64,000 bases of DNA from Myxococcales bacterium (GTDB lineage Bacteria; Myxococcota_A; UBA9042): assembly GCA_947491025.1 (NCBI GenBank), contig CANLIC010000004.1:64199-128198 (forward strand), in the 5' to 3' direction. Below the pieces are notes generated by a model. That model was not told where the DNA came from. It was given only the letters and a program-made list of their open reading frames with translations, and did no database searches. Shown piece by piece: positions 47,884-58,411 of the stretch; position 1 is the stretch's first letter, and the number at the start of each line of letters is the position of its first letter. The translations under genes and the position numbers were made by a program.

Positions 47884-48507
47884 ATGGCGACCAAGACCAA
47901 AGAGCTCATCCTCGATCCCCTCTTCAACAACAACCCCATCGCCGTGCAGATCCTCGGCATCTGCTCGGCGCTCGCGGTCACCACCAAGCTCGAGACCGCC
48001 GTGGTCATGACGCTCGGCGTGACCGTGGTGACGGCGTTCTCCAACCTGGCCGTGTCGGCGATCCGCGAGCGGATCCCGCCGAGCATCCGCATCATCGTGC
48101 AGTTGACCGTCATTGCCAGTCTGGTCATCGTCACCGACCAGGTGCTCAAGGCGTATATGTACGCCATCAGCAAGCAGCTCTCGGTCTTTGTCGGTCTCAT
48201 CATCACCAACTGCATCGTCATGGGCCGCGCTGAGGCGTTTGCCATGCAGAACCCACCCTGGCGCTCGTTTGTCGACGGCATCGGCAACGGCCTCGGCTAC
48301 GGCATCGTGCTCATCCTGGTCGCGGTCGTCCGCGAGCTCTTGGGGTCGGGCAAGTTCGCTGGGATGGCCGTGCTGCCCACCATCAACGAGGGCGGTTGGT
48401 ACAACCCGAATGGCCTGATGGTGCTGGCGCCCGGCGCCTTTTTCTTGATCGCGGTGTTCATCTGGGTGCTGCGGACCGTGAGACCACAGCTGGCTGAGGC
48501 CGAATAG
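47884..48507 (+). CDS. nqrD: Na+-NQR subunit D
   Basis: 207 aa. [21 protein letters not shown] is typical of NqrD/RnfE. Confidence 0.9.
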   Translation: MATKTKELILDPLFNNNPIAVQILGICSALAVTTKLETAVVMTLGVTVVTAFSNLAVSAIRERIPPSIRIIVQLTVIASLVIVTDQVLKAYMYAISKQLSVFVGLIITNCIVMGRAEAFAMQNPPWRSFVDGIGNGLGYGIVLILVAVVRELLGSGKFAGMAVLPTINEGGWYNPNGLMVLAPGAFFLIAVFIWVLRTVRPQLAEAE

Positions 48508-48568
48508 CCGACATCGAGCGCAGGGATCGTGACGCAGGGGCCGTCGGTCCCGAGAACGGAGGGGCAAA

Positions 48569-49165
48569 GTGGAGCACTACCTCAGTCTGTTTTTGAAGGC
48601 GACGTTCATTGAGAACATGGCGCTCGCCTTCTTCCTCGGCATGTGTTCCTTCCTGGCGGTGTCCAAGAAGGTCGAGACCGCTATCGGGCTCGGCGCCGCG
48701 GTCATTTTCGTGCTCGGCGTCACCACGCCGGTCAACGCCGCGCTGATGCACTGGGTCCTCAAGCCAGACGCCCTGATCGTCGGCCTTGATCTGTCTTTCC
48801 TCGCTTTCCTCACCTATATCGGCACCATCGCCGCCATGACTCAGATCGTCGAGATGGCGCTCGACAAGTACGCGCCGGCGCTCTACGGAGCCCTGGGCGT
48901 CTTTCTGCCCCTCATCGCGGTCAATTGCGCCATTCTCGGCGCCAGCCTGTTCATGGCTGAGCGCGACTATACCATCGGCGAGTCGGTGGTGTTCGGTTTC
49001 GGCTCGGGCCTGGGCTGGGCTCTGGCCATCGTGGCGCTGGCCGCGCTGCGCGAGAAGCTGCGCTACAATCAAGTTCCAGTGGCGCTGCGGGGCCTTGGCC
49101 TCAGCTTCATGATCGCCGGCCTCATGGCCATGGCGTTCATGGTGTTCTCGGGCATCCAGCTCTAG
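48569..49165 (+). CDS. nqrE: Na+-NQR subunit E
   Basis: GTG start after [41 protein letters not shown] is the conserved NqrE N-terminus. Confidence 0.9.
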   Translation: MEHYLSLFLKATFIENMALAFFLGMCSFLAVSKKVETAIGLGAAVIFVLGVTTPVNAALMHWVLKPDALIVGLDLSFLAFLTYIGTIAAMTQIVEMALDKYAPALYGALGVFLPLIAVNCAILGASLFMAERDYTIGESVVFGFGSGLGWALAIVALAALREKLRYNQVPVALRGLGLSFMIAGLMAMAFMVFSGIQL

Positions 49166-49258
49166 TCGGGCCGAGTCGGGCTGCCGAGGCGCGGACGCCC
49201 CGCGCCGAGCTGCCCATGGTCCTCGACGCAGCGGTCGGGGACCCAGAAGGAGGAGTCG

Positions 49259-50530
49259 ATGGAAGTCGTAGCCTTCGGCGTGCTCATGTTCACGGTCATC
49301 ATCCTCGCGCTGGTCGCGGTGTTGGCCGTGGCCAAGGCCAAGCTGGTGTCGAGCGGTGAGGTGACGATCACCATCAACGATGATCCGACCAAGGCGCTGC
49401 GCATCGCTGCCGGCGGCACGCTGCTCAACACCCTGGCGAACAACAAGATCTTCATTCCATCGGCCTGCGGCGGCAAGGGCTCTTGCGGCGTCTGCAAGGT
49501 CCATGTCCACGAGGGCGGCGGAACCCTGCTGCCGACGGAGACCAGCCATGTCAGCCGGGGCGAGGCGCGCGAGGGCTGCCGGCTGGCCTGCCAGGTCAAG
49601 GTCAAGCAGGACATGAAGATCGAGGTCGAGCCCGAGATCTTCAGCGTCCGCAAGTGGACCTGCACCGTTCGCAGCAACGATAACGTGGCGACCTTCATCA
49701 AGGAGCTGGTGCTCGAGTTGCCCCCGGGCGAGAGCGTGCCGTTCCGCGCCGGTGGCTACATCCAGATCGAGTGCCCGCCGCACGTGGTGCAGTACAAGGA
49801 CTTCATCATCGACCCGGAGTACCGGGGCGACTGGGACAAGTTCAACCTCTGGCGCTACACGAGCAAGGTTGAGGAGGAGGTTGTTCGCGCCTACTCGATG
49901 GCCAACTTCCCGGACGAGAAGGGCATCATCATGCTCAACGTCCGCATCGCTTCGCCGCCACCGCGCGCGCCCGAGGATACACCTCCCGGCATCATGAGCA
50001 GCTACATCTTTGGCCTCAAGCCTGGCGATCAGGTCACGATCTCCGGGCCTTTCGGTGAGTTCTTCGCCACCGAGAACAAGACCGAGATGATCTTCGTCGG
50101 TGGCGGCGCCGGCATGGCCCCGATGCGGTCGCACATCTTCGATCAGTTCCGCCGCATCCATACCGATCGCAAGGTCACGTTCTGGTATGGCGCGCGCTCG
50201 TACCGCGAGGCGTTCTACGTCGAGGACTTCGACGCGATTCAGCGCGAGAACAAGAACTTCGAGTGGCACATCGCGCTCAGCGAGCCGCAGCCCGAGGACG
50301 TCTGGGACGACCCGACCTCGGTTGCCCGTCAACCACTTGGCGCTGCCCGCGGCCACAAGGGTTTCATCCACAAGGTCCTGCTCGAGAACTACCTCAAGCA
50401 GCACCCGGCCCCCGAGGATTGCGAGTACTACCTCTGCGGCCCGCCGATGATGAACAACGCGGTCATTGCCACCCTCCTCGATCTCGGCGTGGAGCGAAGC
50501 AACATTCGCCTCGACGACTTCGGAGGTTAG
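49259..50530 (+). CDS. nqrF: Na+-NQR subunit F (2Fe-2S ferredoxin plus FAD/NADH domain)
   Basis: N-terminal TM helix. [12 protein letters not shown] 2Fe-2S motif, [10 protein letters not shown] motif, [16 protein letters not shown] motif. Confidence 0.9.
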   Translation: MEVVAFGVLMFTVIILALVAVLAVAKAKLVSSGEVTITINDDPTKALRIAAGGTLLNTLANNKIFIPSACGGKGSCGVCKVHVHEGGGTLLPTETSHVSRGEAREGCRLACQVKVKQDMKIEVEPEIFSVRKWTCTVRSNDNVATFIKELVLELPPGESVPFRAGGYIQIECPPHVVQYKDFIIDPEYRGDWDKFNLWRYTSKVEEEVVRAYSMANFPDEKGIIMLNVRIASPPPRAPEDTPPGIMSSYIFGLKPGDQVTISGPFGEFFATENKTEMIFVGGGAGMAPMRSHIFDQFRRIHTDRKVTFWYGARSYREAFYVEDFDAIQRENKNFEWHIALSEPQPEDVWDDPTSVARQPLGAARGHKGFIHKVLLENYLKQHPAPEDCEYYLCGPPMMNNAVIATLLDLGVERSNIRLDDFGG

Positions 50531-50531
50531 C

Positions 50532-51740
50532 GTGGCCGACGAGGGCGTCCCTGCGCCGCCCTGGTCGCGCCTGCGACCGCTGCCGGTCCTCTTCGTCGTC
50601 TTGCTCTTCGGCTTCCTCTGGTGGCGGTCGCCGCAGCGCCATGCTGCGCCCGCAGCGTCAGCGCCTACGCCCACCGCTTTGGCCGGGAATGAGGGGCCGA
50701 TGGGCGCCGTCGAGCGGCAGTCCGACGTCGACTGTGCGCTGCTCGCTGGCCGCAGCATGGGAGCAGGCTGGCACGCGACCGTGGTCGGCGTTGCCGACGC
50801 AGCGCAAGCGCAAGCCCTCGCGGCCGCGGTGCAAGCGGTGCTCGATGGCGTCGACGCCGCCATGTCGACGTACAAGCCCGAGTCCGAGCTGTCCCGCCTC
50901 AACCGATCGCCTGTCGGCGCGCCACAGCCCGTCTCGCGGGATCTCGCGGCTGTCTTGCGAATCGCCCTCGAGGTGTCGCAGGCCAGCGGCTATGCGTTTG
51001 ACGTCGCTGTGGGCGGCCTCGTCGACGCCTGGGGCTTTGGGCCGAGCCAGCCGGGCGCTGCGCCGACGGGCGACGCGGTCAAGACGCTGCGACAGCGGGT
51101 AGGCCCGGGCGCCTACACGCTCCAGGCACCCCCGGACGACCCCAGCGGCGCCACGCTGGTTCGCGCCCGCGAGGGCGTCACGCTGGACCTCTCCGCGGTC
51201 GCGCCTGGCTACGCCGCAGACTTGATCGCGAGCGATCTCCGTCGTCGCGGCCACAACGCGTTCTTGGTCGAGGTCGGCGGCGAGGTCATCGTCGCAGGCC
51301 TGGCCCCCGGCGGTCGGCCGTGGCAACTCGGCGTCGAGACGCCGGACGCACCCCCCGGCACCGTCTACAAGGCTGTGCCGATGGTCGACGAGGCGCTGGC
51401 CACCTCGGGCGACTACCGCAACGGCCGCGTCGTCGATGGCAAGCGCGTGAGCCATACCATCGACCCTGCCACCGGGCAGCCGATCACGCACGGGCTGGCG
51501 TCGATCAGCGTTTTGCACGACGACGCCGGACGCGCGGATGCCTGGGCCACGGCCCTCAACGTCCTCGGCGCCGAGCGCGGCGGCGCACTGGCCCGAGATT
51601 TGGGGATCGCCGCCATGTTCCTGCTGCGCAAGCCCGACGGCGGCTTCGAGGAGCAGCGAACCCCTGCCTGGGAAGCGCGCCAGGCCCAAGTTCAGCAGCG
51701 GGCGCAGCGATATGCGGCGGCGCCGGGAGCGCGACCATGA
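50532..51740 (+). CDS. apbE: FAD:protein FMN transferase ApbE
   Basis: This is the 3' part of ORF 50466..51740, with GTG 50532 after GGAGG. MSTYKPESELSRLN, AFDVAVGGLVDAWGFG, ATSGDYRN and HTIDPATGQP are typical ApbE blocks. Confidence 0.85.
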   Translation: MADEGVPAPPWSRLRPLPVLFVVLLFGFLWWRSPQRHAAPAASAPTPTALAGNEGPMGAVERQSDVDCALLAGRSMGAGWHATVVGVADAAQAQALAAAVQAVLDGVDAAMSTYKPESELSRLNRSPVGAPQPVSRDLAAVLRIALEVSQASGYAFDVAVGGLVDAWGFGPSQPGAAPTGDAVKTLRQRVGPGAYTLQAPPDDPSGATLVRAREGVTLDLSAVAPGYAADLIASDLRRRGHNAFLVEVGGEVIVAGLAPGGRPWQLGVETPDAPPGTVYKAVPMVDEALATSGDYRNGRVVDGKRVSHTIDPATGQPITHGLASISVLHDDAGRADAWATALNVLGAERGGALARDLGIAAMFLLRKPDGGFEEQRTPAWEARQAQVQQRAQRYAAAPGARP

Positions 51741-52021
51741 CGACGGTGGTGGCGGCAGTGGCCCTCTTCTTGTTGGCGTTTCTCGGCATGGCCGTCGGGC
51801 TGCTGCGCGGCCGGGCGCTCCAGGGCTCTTGCGGGGGCTCAGGCGCAGAGGGCGGCAGCTGCGGTTGTACGCCCAAGCGCAAGGCCGCGTGCGACTTGGA
51901 GAAGGTTCGACAGGCCGCGCTTCGGGTCCAAGCCGAGCGGTCCGGCCTCGCCGCCGATCCGGCGAAGGAGGCCCCCGACGCCTGTGAGGTCGAAGGCCAC
52001 ACCCACCCGAGCGCACCTTGA
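51737..52021 (+). CDS. nqrM: (Na+)-NQR maturation protein NqrM-like
   Basis: ATGA overlap with apbE. TM helix VVAAVALFLLAFLGMAVGLL, then LQGSCGGSGAEGGSCGC. This matches the small TM plus Cys-motif protein that follows apbE in nqr operons. Confidence 0.7.
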   Translation: MTTVVAAVALFLLAFLGMAVGLLRGRALQGSCGGSGAEGGSCGCTPKRKAACDLEKVRQAALRVQAERSGLAADPAKEAPDACEVEGHTHPSAP

Positions 52022-52404
52022 CGCAGGCCGAGGCTGCTGCGCTGACGGTGGTCCTCGAGGCTGGGGCCGGCGCGGCGCTAGCGCCCTGGCTGCGGCGATC
52101 GGCGGGCCACGCGCAGGCGTCGGTGGCCAGGGCTCAAGCGGCGCTTGCTTGCGGCCTCGCCAGCGCCCTGACGCATCCCTTTGCCTGGAGCGCCAATCGC
52201 GCGCTCGACGCGCATTTGCCCTTTGCAGAGCGCGCGGCGGTGATCGAGCTCGCCGTCGTCGTGGCCGAGGCGACGCTCTTCGGCTTCGGCCTCCGGCTGC
52301 GGCCCGCGTCGGCCCTGATGCTCTCCTTCGTTTGCAACGGCGCCTCCTTCGGTTTTGGCCTCCTGGCGTGGTGGCTGCGCCAACTGCTGAGCGGCGGCGG
52401 CTGA
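52018..52404 (+). CDS. 128-aa hypothetical membrane protein coupled to nqrM
   Basis: The TTG start overlaps the nqrM stop (TTGA). Hydrophobic segments (LTVVLEAGAGAALAPWL, VIELAVVVAEATLFGFGL, LMLSFVCNGASFGFGLLAWWL). Moderate third-position GC bias. Confidence 0.45.
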   Translation: MTQAEAAALTVVLEAGAGAALAPWLRRSAGHAQASVARAQAALACGLASALTHPFAWSANRALDAHLPFAERAAVIELAVVVAEATLFGFGLRLRPASALMLSFVCNGASFGFGLLAWWLRQLLSGGG

Positions 52405-52975
52405 ACGCAACGCGGACGTTGGCGTCGAGCGCCGCTCGAGCGGGACTGGCGACGGCATACGGCGGCTTCCGGCGGCCAGCGGCGCCGTGGCGCCCGGGAG
52501 GCTCTGGCTCCGCGGAGGTGCGAACGCCACCGCCTCGCGCTGGCATAGCGAGCGCCAGCAGTCGACCCGGCGGTAGCGACACGAGGGCTGCTCCCCGCCT
52601 CCTCCATCGCTGGCTTCTGGGGCTGCCAACCCGGTTCGACGGCGGCGACGGCGAACGTGGGGCATGGCGCTGGCGCAGACGTGCTCCACAAAGGGATGGC
52701 TTGGAGTACGCGTGCTCCGCCCGCGCGCCCGCGGCTTCCGGCGTGATCACGCCCGCTGGCGCCACGGAAGCGAGGGCGCCGATCACAGCTCCGTAGAGAC
52801 ATCAAGAGTTGCAACGGTTTGAGAGCGCGCCCTCGTTCCGTCTTCGCCGCCACGGGCGGATCATCGCCGAGATTTGCCGTCACCAGGGCCTCTGGCGGCA
52901 TCTGCCCCTGGACCCTGGCACGCCTTCTGCTACACGCCAGAGCCGTGGCGGCGCCGTCCGCCCCGTGGAGTCCGG

Positions 52976-54649
52976 ATGTCGCCTCTCTTCATCGGCATGC
53001 TCACCGACTACGTCGCCGTCGACTTCGCCAACGGCCCGGCGCTGGCGACGCAGACCTTCAAGCGAAACATGGAGCTGCGCGGCCACCGCGTCGCGCTCGT
53101 CGGGCCGAGACCCGGCAAGCACCAGCGCCAGGCGCCCGAGGGCTCGCTGCTCTTCGACTCGCTTCCGTTTCGCCAATACACGACGGTCCGCATCGGCTTT
53201 CCGGCGCCGACCGACACCTGGAACCGCCATCCGGGCTTCGACGTCATCCACGCCCACACCAATTCGCTGGCCATGCATTGGGCGGCGATGGTGCGCAAGC
53301 TGCACGGCATCCCGGTGGTGCAGACGAACACCATCTACCTGCCGGGCTTCGTACATCACGCCATCAACGAGGACTTGCTCACCTTTCCGCCGCTGGAGGG
53401 CTTTTGGAGCGCCGCCACGCGCGGCGTGGAAAACGTGTTCGGCGCCGCCTTCAACGCCGGGGATGGCCTGATTGTGCAGTGCCAAGGGCTCGTCGAGTAT
53501 TGGCGTCGCATCGGCCTCCAGGTGCCGATCCACGTGATTCAGCGGCCCATCGACGTCCGCAACTTCAACCGCGAGCTGGGACCCGATCCCTTCCAGCCTG
53601 ACTTTCCGGTCGGTGGCCGCCTGCTTATCGCTTGCCGCCACGCCGCCGAGAAGTCGCTCGAGAAGCTGCTGGCGGCCTTCGCCCACCATGTGCTGCCGCG
53701 CCACCCGACGGCCAGCCTGACGCTCATCGGTGACGGACCGGTTCACCAGGAGCTGCGGACGCTGACGCGGACGCTCGGCATCAGCCACCGCTGCGATTTC
53801 GTGGGCGAGAAGCCCCAGCGCGAGCTGCCGGAGTGGTACGCGCGCGCCGACGTTTTTCCCTACCCGTCGATGACCGAGACGTTCGGTCAGGTGGTCAGCG
53901 AGTCGCTCTGGATGGGGACTCCGGTGGTCGGATTCGACGATGGCATGGGCGTCTCCCATCAGGTAAAGCACGAGCTGAATGGCCTGCTGGTGGCACCTGG
54001 ACGCGACGAGGTCGAACGCTTCGGCAACGCCATCCTCCGCCTGCTGCAAGACGAGCCGGCGCGGCGCGCCCTGGGCATCGAGGCCGCCCGCCGTCAGCGC
54101 GAGTCCTCGGCGCCCGAAGTGGTCTATGCCGCCTATGAGAACGCCTACGCAGTCGCCCGCGAGCACATCGCCGCCAACCCCCCGGCACCGCTGCCCGTGG
54201 GTGCGCTTCAGAAGCAGATGTACCTGTTTCGTCAGCACATCCTGCCGTGGGCGACCATGCACAGCCTCCTTGTAACCGCCGGATCGGTGCCGACCAGCTA
54301 CCGTCCTCGCTCGGACGTGCCCTTCGACGCGCCGCCCGTTCGGCCCGCAGACGAGACCTACGCCCACCGCGGTGGCCGCACGCCGATGCTGGCGACGGGG
54401 CGCTCGGCGCCGGCGGCTGCGTCGGCGGCTGCGTCGGCGGCGATCGCATCGGTGTCGACTGCCGCGTCGCCGGCGCCCGCGGCCGTGACGGTCGGTGCGC
54501 GCTTCGACGCCGCAACGCCTAGCGACACCGCTCTGCCTATCCATGCCGTCGGGACCGCCGCTGACGCCGACGTCGCCCCGGCGGCGCCCGCTGCCAAGGC
54601 AGCGCGCTCGTCCGCTCGCCGGCGACAAGGCGAGCCGCACGCAGGATGA
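52976..54649 (+). CDS. GT4-family (GT-B fold) glycosyltransferase with Ala/Ser-rich tail
   Basis: This is the 3' part of ORF 52874..54649, starting at ATG 52976 after GGAG. DVIHAHT.., and the E-x7-E region FPYPSMTETFGQVVSESLWMGTPVVG. Confidence 0.8.
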   Translation: MSPLFIGMLTDYVAVDFANGPALATQTFKRNMELRGHRVALVGPRPGKHQRQAPEGSLLFDSLPFRQYTTVRIGFPAPTDTWNRHPGFDVIHAHTNSLAMHWAAMVRKLHGIPVVQTNTIYLPGFVHHAINEDLLTFPPLEGFWSAATRGVENVFGAAFNAGDGLIVQCQGLVEYWRRIGLQVPIHVIQRPIDVRNFNRELGPDPFQPDFPVGGRLLIACRHAAEKSLEKLLAAFAHHVLPRHPTASLTLIGDGPVHQELRTLTRTLGISHRCDFVGEKPQRELPEWYARADVFPYPSMTETFGQVVSESLWMGTPVVGFDDGMGVSHQVKHELNGLLVAPGRDEVERFGNAILRLLQDEPARRALGIEAARRQRESSAPEVVYAAYENAYAVAREHIAANPPAPLPVGALQKQMYLFRQHILPWATMHSLLVTAGSVPTSYRPRSDVPFDAPPVRPADETYAHRGGRTPMLATGRSAPAAASAAASAAIASVSTAASPAPAAVTVGARFDAATPSDTALPIHAVGTAADADVAPAAPAAKAARSSARRRQGEPHAG

Positions 54650-55686
54650 GCCTCGGCCCGCCCGTCCCTAGCGTCGCGCGGCTGGTCTGGATCGGCGACC
54701 GCCTGGCGCCCGTGGCGTGGTTGACCGCGCGGGCCACCTTGCAGCGCGCAGGGCTGGAACGAGTCGTCCTGCATGTCGAGGCCGCGCCCGCTGGCCCGCC
54801 GCCACTGGAGCGCGACGTGCTGGCCGACGACTTGCGGCAGGCCGGCGTCGAAATCGTGCCCTTTGAGCTGGATGGCCTCCTCGACGCCAGCGGCCTGCCG
54901 TCCGCCGAGGTGGACCGCCTGCGCCGGCTGGGCCGCGATCTACGACAGGGCGCCGCGCGCTCCAACCTGGCGAGGCTGCTGATCCTGTACGCCGAGGGCG
55001 GCCTCTACCTCGACACCGACGCGCCGCCGCTGCGTGAGCTGACGCCGCTGCTGCGTCACCCCGCCTGCCTCGGGCTGGAGCGGGTGGCGTTGCCGTTGCG
55101 GACGATGGAGTCGCGCTCGCCGCTGCGTTGGGCGCGCGCAGGGGCGCTGCTGGCATGGCGAGAGCTGTGCAGCCACGGCGACCTCGGCGAACGGGTTGGC
55201 GCGCGCACCGCCGGCCACTTCGATCTCGCCGTGAACAATGCGGTCATCGCGGCTACACCGGGCAGTCCGCTGCTCGCCGCCGCCTTGCACGCCGCAGCGG
55301 CGCTCCCCGACGATGTCGCCCGCCAGCGCTATCAGCTCGGACCCAAGCTGCTGGAGAGGGTCACCGGCAATCAGAGCGGGCCCGATGTCGAGATCCTGCC
55401 GCCGGAGGTGTGCTATCCCTACGGCCCGGAGCTGAGCTGGCACCTCTTTCGGCCGCGTCCGCGCCGCGCGCCTGACCCGGGGGGCGAGTCGCTGCTTGAC
55501 CTGCTGCCGGCCACTTGCCGGGTGGTTCACCTGTATGACTCCGTGTTGCGTCGGCGCCAGGGTTGCAGCCTCGATGGCGCCTGGCTGGCACGCCACCGCA
55601 ACGACACCATCGTCGGCGCGCTGCTGGCGCCCTCGATCGACGCGCTCTGTGCCTTGGATCCCGGTCGGGCCGACGTGGCACGCTGA
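54646..55686 (+). CDS. DXD-motif glycosyltransferase (Gly_transf_sug/OCH1-like)
   Basis: ATGA overlap with the upstream glycosyltransferase gene. RSNLARLLILYAEGGLYLDTDA matches the sugar-binding region and DXD motif of this family. Confidence 0.7.
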   Translation: MSLGPPVPSVARLVWIGDRLAPVAWLTARATLQRAGLERVVLHVEAAPAGPPPLERDVLADDLRQAGVEIVPFELDGLLDASGLPSAEVDRLRRLGRDLRQGAARSNLARLLILYAEGGLYLDTDAPPLRELTPLLRHPACLGLERVALPLRTMESRSPLRWARAGALLAWRELCSHGDLGERVGARTAGHFDLAVNNAVIAATPGSPLLAAALHAAAALPDDVARQRYQLGPKLLERVTGNQSGPDVEILPPEVCYPYGPELSWHLFRPRPRRAPDPGGESLLDLLPATCRVVHLYDSVLRRRQGCSLDGAWLARHRNDTIVGALLAPSIDALCALDPGRADVAR

Positions 55687-55861
55687 CGGGCGATCGCCAA
55701 GGACGCGACTCTGCCCTTGTGCACGCTTGCGAGGCGCGTCCAGGTTGCCGCGGCCGAACCGCAGCCGTACCCTCGCCCGCGGCGGTGAATCGGGGCGTCC
55801 GCATCGGCGTTCTCGGCCAGTGGCGGCATCGACCGTCGCGTCGGTGGGGGGAGGACTGGCC

Positions 55862-56992
55862 ATGACGTCAATTTCCGTGCCGCGACCGCTCAAGGCGGCG
55901 TTCGCGAACCGCCCGCTCCCAGGCATTGCGCGCGCGGTCCTGTTGGCCCGCGCGCAGTTGGCCCTGAACCTTCGGGCCCTCGCCCTTGCGATCCTGACGT
56001 TGACTGCGCTGACGCTGGCGGCGCCCAGCGCCGGCCACGCCGCGTCGCACCTCCGGTGGGCCAGCAAGTCCTTCTCGAGCGATAGCGACGCGGTCGAGAT
56101 CTGGAAGCTGCGCGGCGTCGATGCTCAGGATCGCCCGATCACCATCCGGCTCTCGCTGGCCAACGCTGGCCACCGCGATGGCGACTTGCAGGTGGCCGTG
56201 CGCGTCCCGACGGCGAAGGGCGAGCTGGCGCTGCTGCGCAACTACAAGTCCGGCGCCTTTCGCGCCACGACCGGCAAGTTCAATGTCGCGGGTCCTGGTC
56301 TGCAGATGCACATGGTTGGCGACGTCATCCACGTCGAGTTCAGCGCGCCGCAGGGCACCGTCAAGGGCACGATTGAGGTCGGTGGCGGCCTGACGCTGAC
56401 CAGCAAGCACGACGACGGCGTCATCGAGCGCGAGCTGGTGGCGCCCTTTGCCAAGGTCGACCTGAACGTCAAACCGGCGACAGGCGAGGCGGTGACGGTC
56501 GCTGGGCCGGCGTTTATCGTCCGCGATGCCTCCAACGTCCCCGCGCATCAAGTCTTCGACCGCTCGGTCCAGGTCTTGCACATCGATCCCAAGTCGACGG
56601 CCATGCTCGACGTCACGACCCTGTCGGCGAGCCGCGGCGGCAAGCGCCTCGGTTTCGTCGTACTGCGCTCGGGTACAGGCCGATTCGTCGGCAAGGTCAG
56701 CGGCGAGCGCGTACTGACACAGAAGCCCGACAGCCAGACCGGCTACCAGGTGCCGTGGAGCCTCGTCGTCGACGCCAACGGTGCGGCTGGCAACGCGACG
56801 TTCCAGGTCGACGCCAAGCGCCAGATCCGGCGGACCGACGAGCTCGCGAAGCTGCCCTACCTGGTGCGCAAGGCGGTGGGTCTGATGTTCAAACCCTACT
56901 CGTTCGAGCTCGACGCCAGCTTTGTCGCCCGCGGCCCGGGCGGCGTGCAGGTGCAGAGCCGGAGCGAGCTGCGCTACAGTCAATCGCGGTAG
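55862..56992 (+). CDS. secreted beta-rich hypothetical protein
   Basis: This is the 3' part of ORF 55496..56992, starting at ATG 55862. Signal/anchor ALALAILTLTALTLAAPSAGHA. No family recognised. Confidence 0.6.
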   Translation: MTSISVPRPLKAAFANRPLPGIARAVLLARAQLALNLRALALAILTLTALTLAAPSAGHAASHLRWASKSFSSDSDAVEIWKLRGVDAQDRPITIRLSLANAGHRDGDLQVAVRVPTAKGELALLRNYKSGAFRATTGKFNVAGPGLQMHMVGDVIHVEFSAPQGTVKGTIEVGGGLTLTSKHDDGVIERELVAPFAKVDLNVKPATGEAVTVAGPAFIVRDASNVPAHQVFDRSVQVLHIDPKSTAMLDVTTLSASRGGKRLGFVVLRSGTGRFVGKVSGERVLTQKPDSQTGYQVPWSLVVDANGAAGNATFQVDAKRQIRRTDELAKLPYLVRKAVGLMFKPYSFELDASFVARGPGGVQVQSRSELRYSQSR

Positions 56993-57079
56993 CGGTCGTT
57001 ACGCTGCGGCCGCCGCCCACCGTCGCCTTCGACGGCTCTCTCGATCGGTCCGCGCGGCACAACGTCGCCTGAGGTCGCT

Positions 57080-58411
57080 GTGCGCAGGGTGCTCTGGCTC
57101 AGTCCCTATTTTCCGCCCCAGACCCGGGTCGGGGCGCTGCGGCCGCTCAAATTCGTCCGCCACCTCGGGGCGTTGGGTTGGGAGTCGGTGGTCCTCTGCG
57201 ACCTGCGGCCCGAAGACGCCACGCAAGCGCAGCTCGCCGCGATGATCCCGAGCGATGTCCATGTCATCCGCAATTGGAGCCGCGTCGCGCAAGGGACGGA
57301 GCGCTCCTTGCTGCGCGCCCGCGACGCCGCCCCATCGGCAGCTGCGGCCCCCCAGGCGGCCCGCTCCGACGCTCGCTCGGGGCCCGTGAAGGTCGCCACT
57401 GACGCCTGGGCCGGCTTCGGCGCCAAGCTCGCCCAGGAGCTGAACCCGGAGTGGCTGCCGCTCGGCGAGCACCTGACGCGGATGCCCTACGCCCTTGGAG
57501 CCGCCCGCCGCGCGCTAGAGGCGTTTCCCTCTTCTGCCATCATCGTCAACGCCGATCCCTTCGCGGCGACGTTGGTCGGCGCTCAGCTGGCCGCCGAGGC
57601 CAAGCTGCCGCTCATCGTCGACCTGCGCGACCCATGGGCGCTCTGCGAGCTGAGGCGGCCGATGCGGCCGCTGCTGCAGCGGGCCTTGGTCGATCGCTTG
57701 GAGCGCGGCGTCGTCGAACAGGCGGCGAAGGTCATCCTCAACACCGAGGTGACGCTCGACGACTATCGCCGTCACTACAACGACTTACCGGCATCACGCT
57801 TCACCTGCATCCGCAATCACGGCGACGCGGAGCTCGTTTCAGCCGGGAGCCACCCCGGCTTCGATCGCTTCACGCTCCTGTTCCTCGGCAATTTCGGGCG
57901 GTTCATCAAGGCCGACGTGCTCATCAGGGTGCTGGCAGAGCTGCGCGCCCGCGGCGTCGGACCCGAGCAGCTGCAGCTCGTCGTGACCGGCGCCATCCCG
58001 GAGGAGAGCCTGCGCATGGCACGCGGCATGGGCGCGGACCTCTACCTGCGCCCGCACGGCCACGTCCCTTACCCCGAGATCGGCGCCATCATGGCCGCTG
58101 CCGACCTGCTGGTCTTGCTGGTGCAGCCACGCGGACGTCAGCGCATCGCCGCGAAGTTCTTTGACTACCTGACGGCCGAGCGGCCCGTACTCGCGATCAG
58201 CGAGAGCCAGGAGCTGGCGTCGTTGATCAGCGCCAGCGGCGCAGGAACCACGCACGGCTACGCCGATGTGCCTGGCATCGCTGACGCCATCGCTGCGGCG
58301 ATTGCCGCTGGGCGCCAGCAGGTGCGGCCGCGATCGCCCATCGGCGCCACCAGCCCTGAAGCGGCACAGGCGCTGGCGGACGTGCTGGAGCGTGCTGTCA
58401 CTGGCGGCTGA
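57080..58411 (+). CDS. glycosyltransferase (GT-B, GT4-like)
   Basis: 443-aa ORF with a GTG start. The N-terminus RVLWLSPYFPPQTRVGALRPLKFVRHL and the overall layout are typical of GT-B enzymes. Confidence 0.7.
   Translation: MRRVLWLSPYFPPQTRVGALRPLKFVRHLGALGWESVVLCDLRPEDATQAQLAAMIPSDVHVIRNWSRVAQGTERSLLRARDAAPSAAAAPQAARSDARSGPVKVATDAWAGFGAKLAQELNPEWLPLGEHLTRMPYALGAARRALEAFPSSAIIVNADPFAATLVGAQLAAEAKLPLIVDLRDPWALCELRRPMRPLLQRALVDRLERGVVEQAAKVILNTEVTLDDYRRHYNDLPASRFTCIRNHGDAELVSAGSHPGFDRFTLLFLGNFGRFIKADVLIRVLAELRARGVGPEQLQLVVTGAIPEESLRMARGMGADLYLRPHGHVPYPEIGAIMAAADLLVLLVQPRGRQRIAAKFFDYLTAERPVLAISESQELASLISASGAGTTHGYADVPGIADAIAAAIAAGRQQVRPRSPIGATSPEAAQALADVLERAVTGG

Noticed and set aside
42457-50902. 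Long minus-strand ORFs 42457..44283, 45819..47378, 47023..48567 and 48458..50902.
   Set aside because: They are antisense shadows of the beta-propeller lipoprotein and the nqrB-F genes. No motifs are present, and the sense-strand genes are unambiguous.
52619-52645. The string GGGGCTGCCAACCCGGTTCGACGGCGG, which resembles the 5' end of tmRNA (GGGGCUGAUUCUGGAUUCGACGGG).
   Set aside because: There is no downstream tag-reading-frame context, no T-arm (GGGTTCGAnTCCC) and no 3' CCA-proximal acceptor complement within 600 nt. It is probably a chance similarity.
52880-56983. Minus-strand ORFs 52880..54640 (586 aa), 54940..56067 and 55868..56983.
   Set aside because: They are antisense to glycosyltransferase and secreted-protein genes that carry clear family motifs and Shine-Dalgarno-supported starts.
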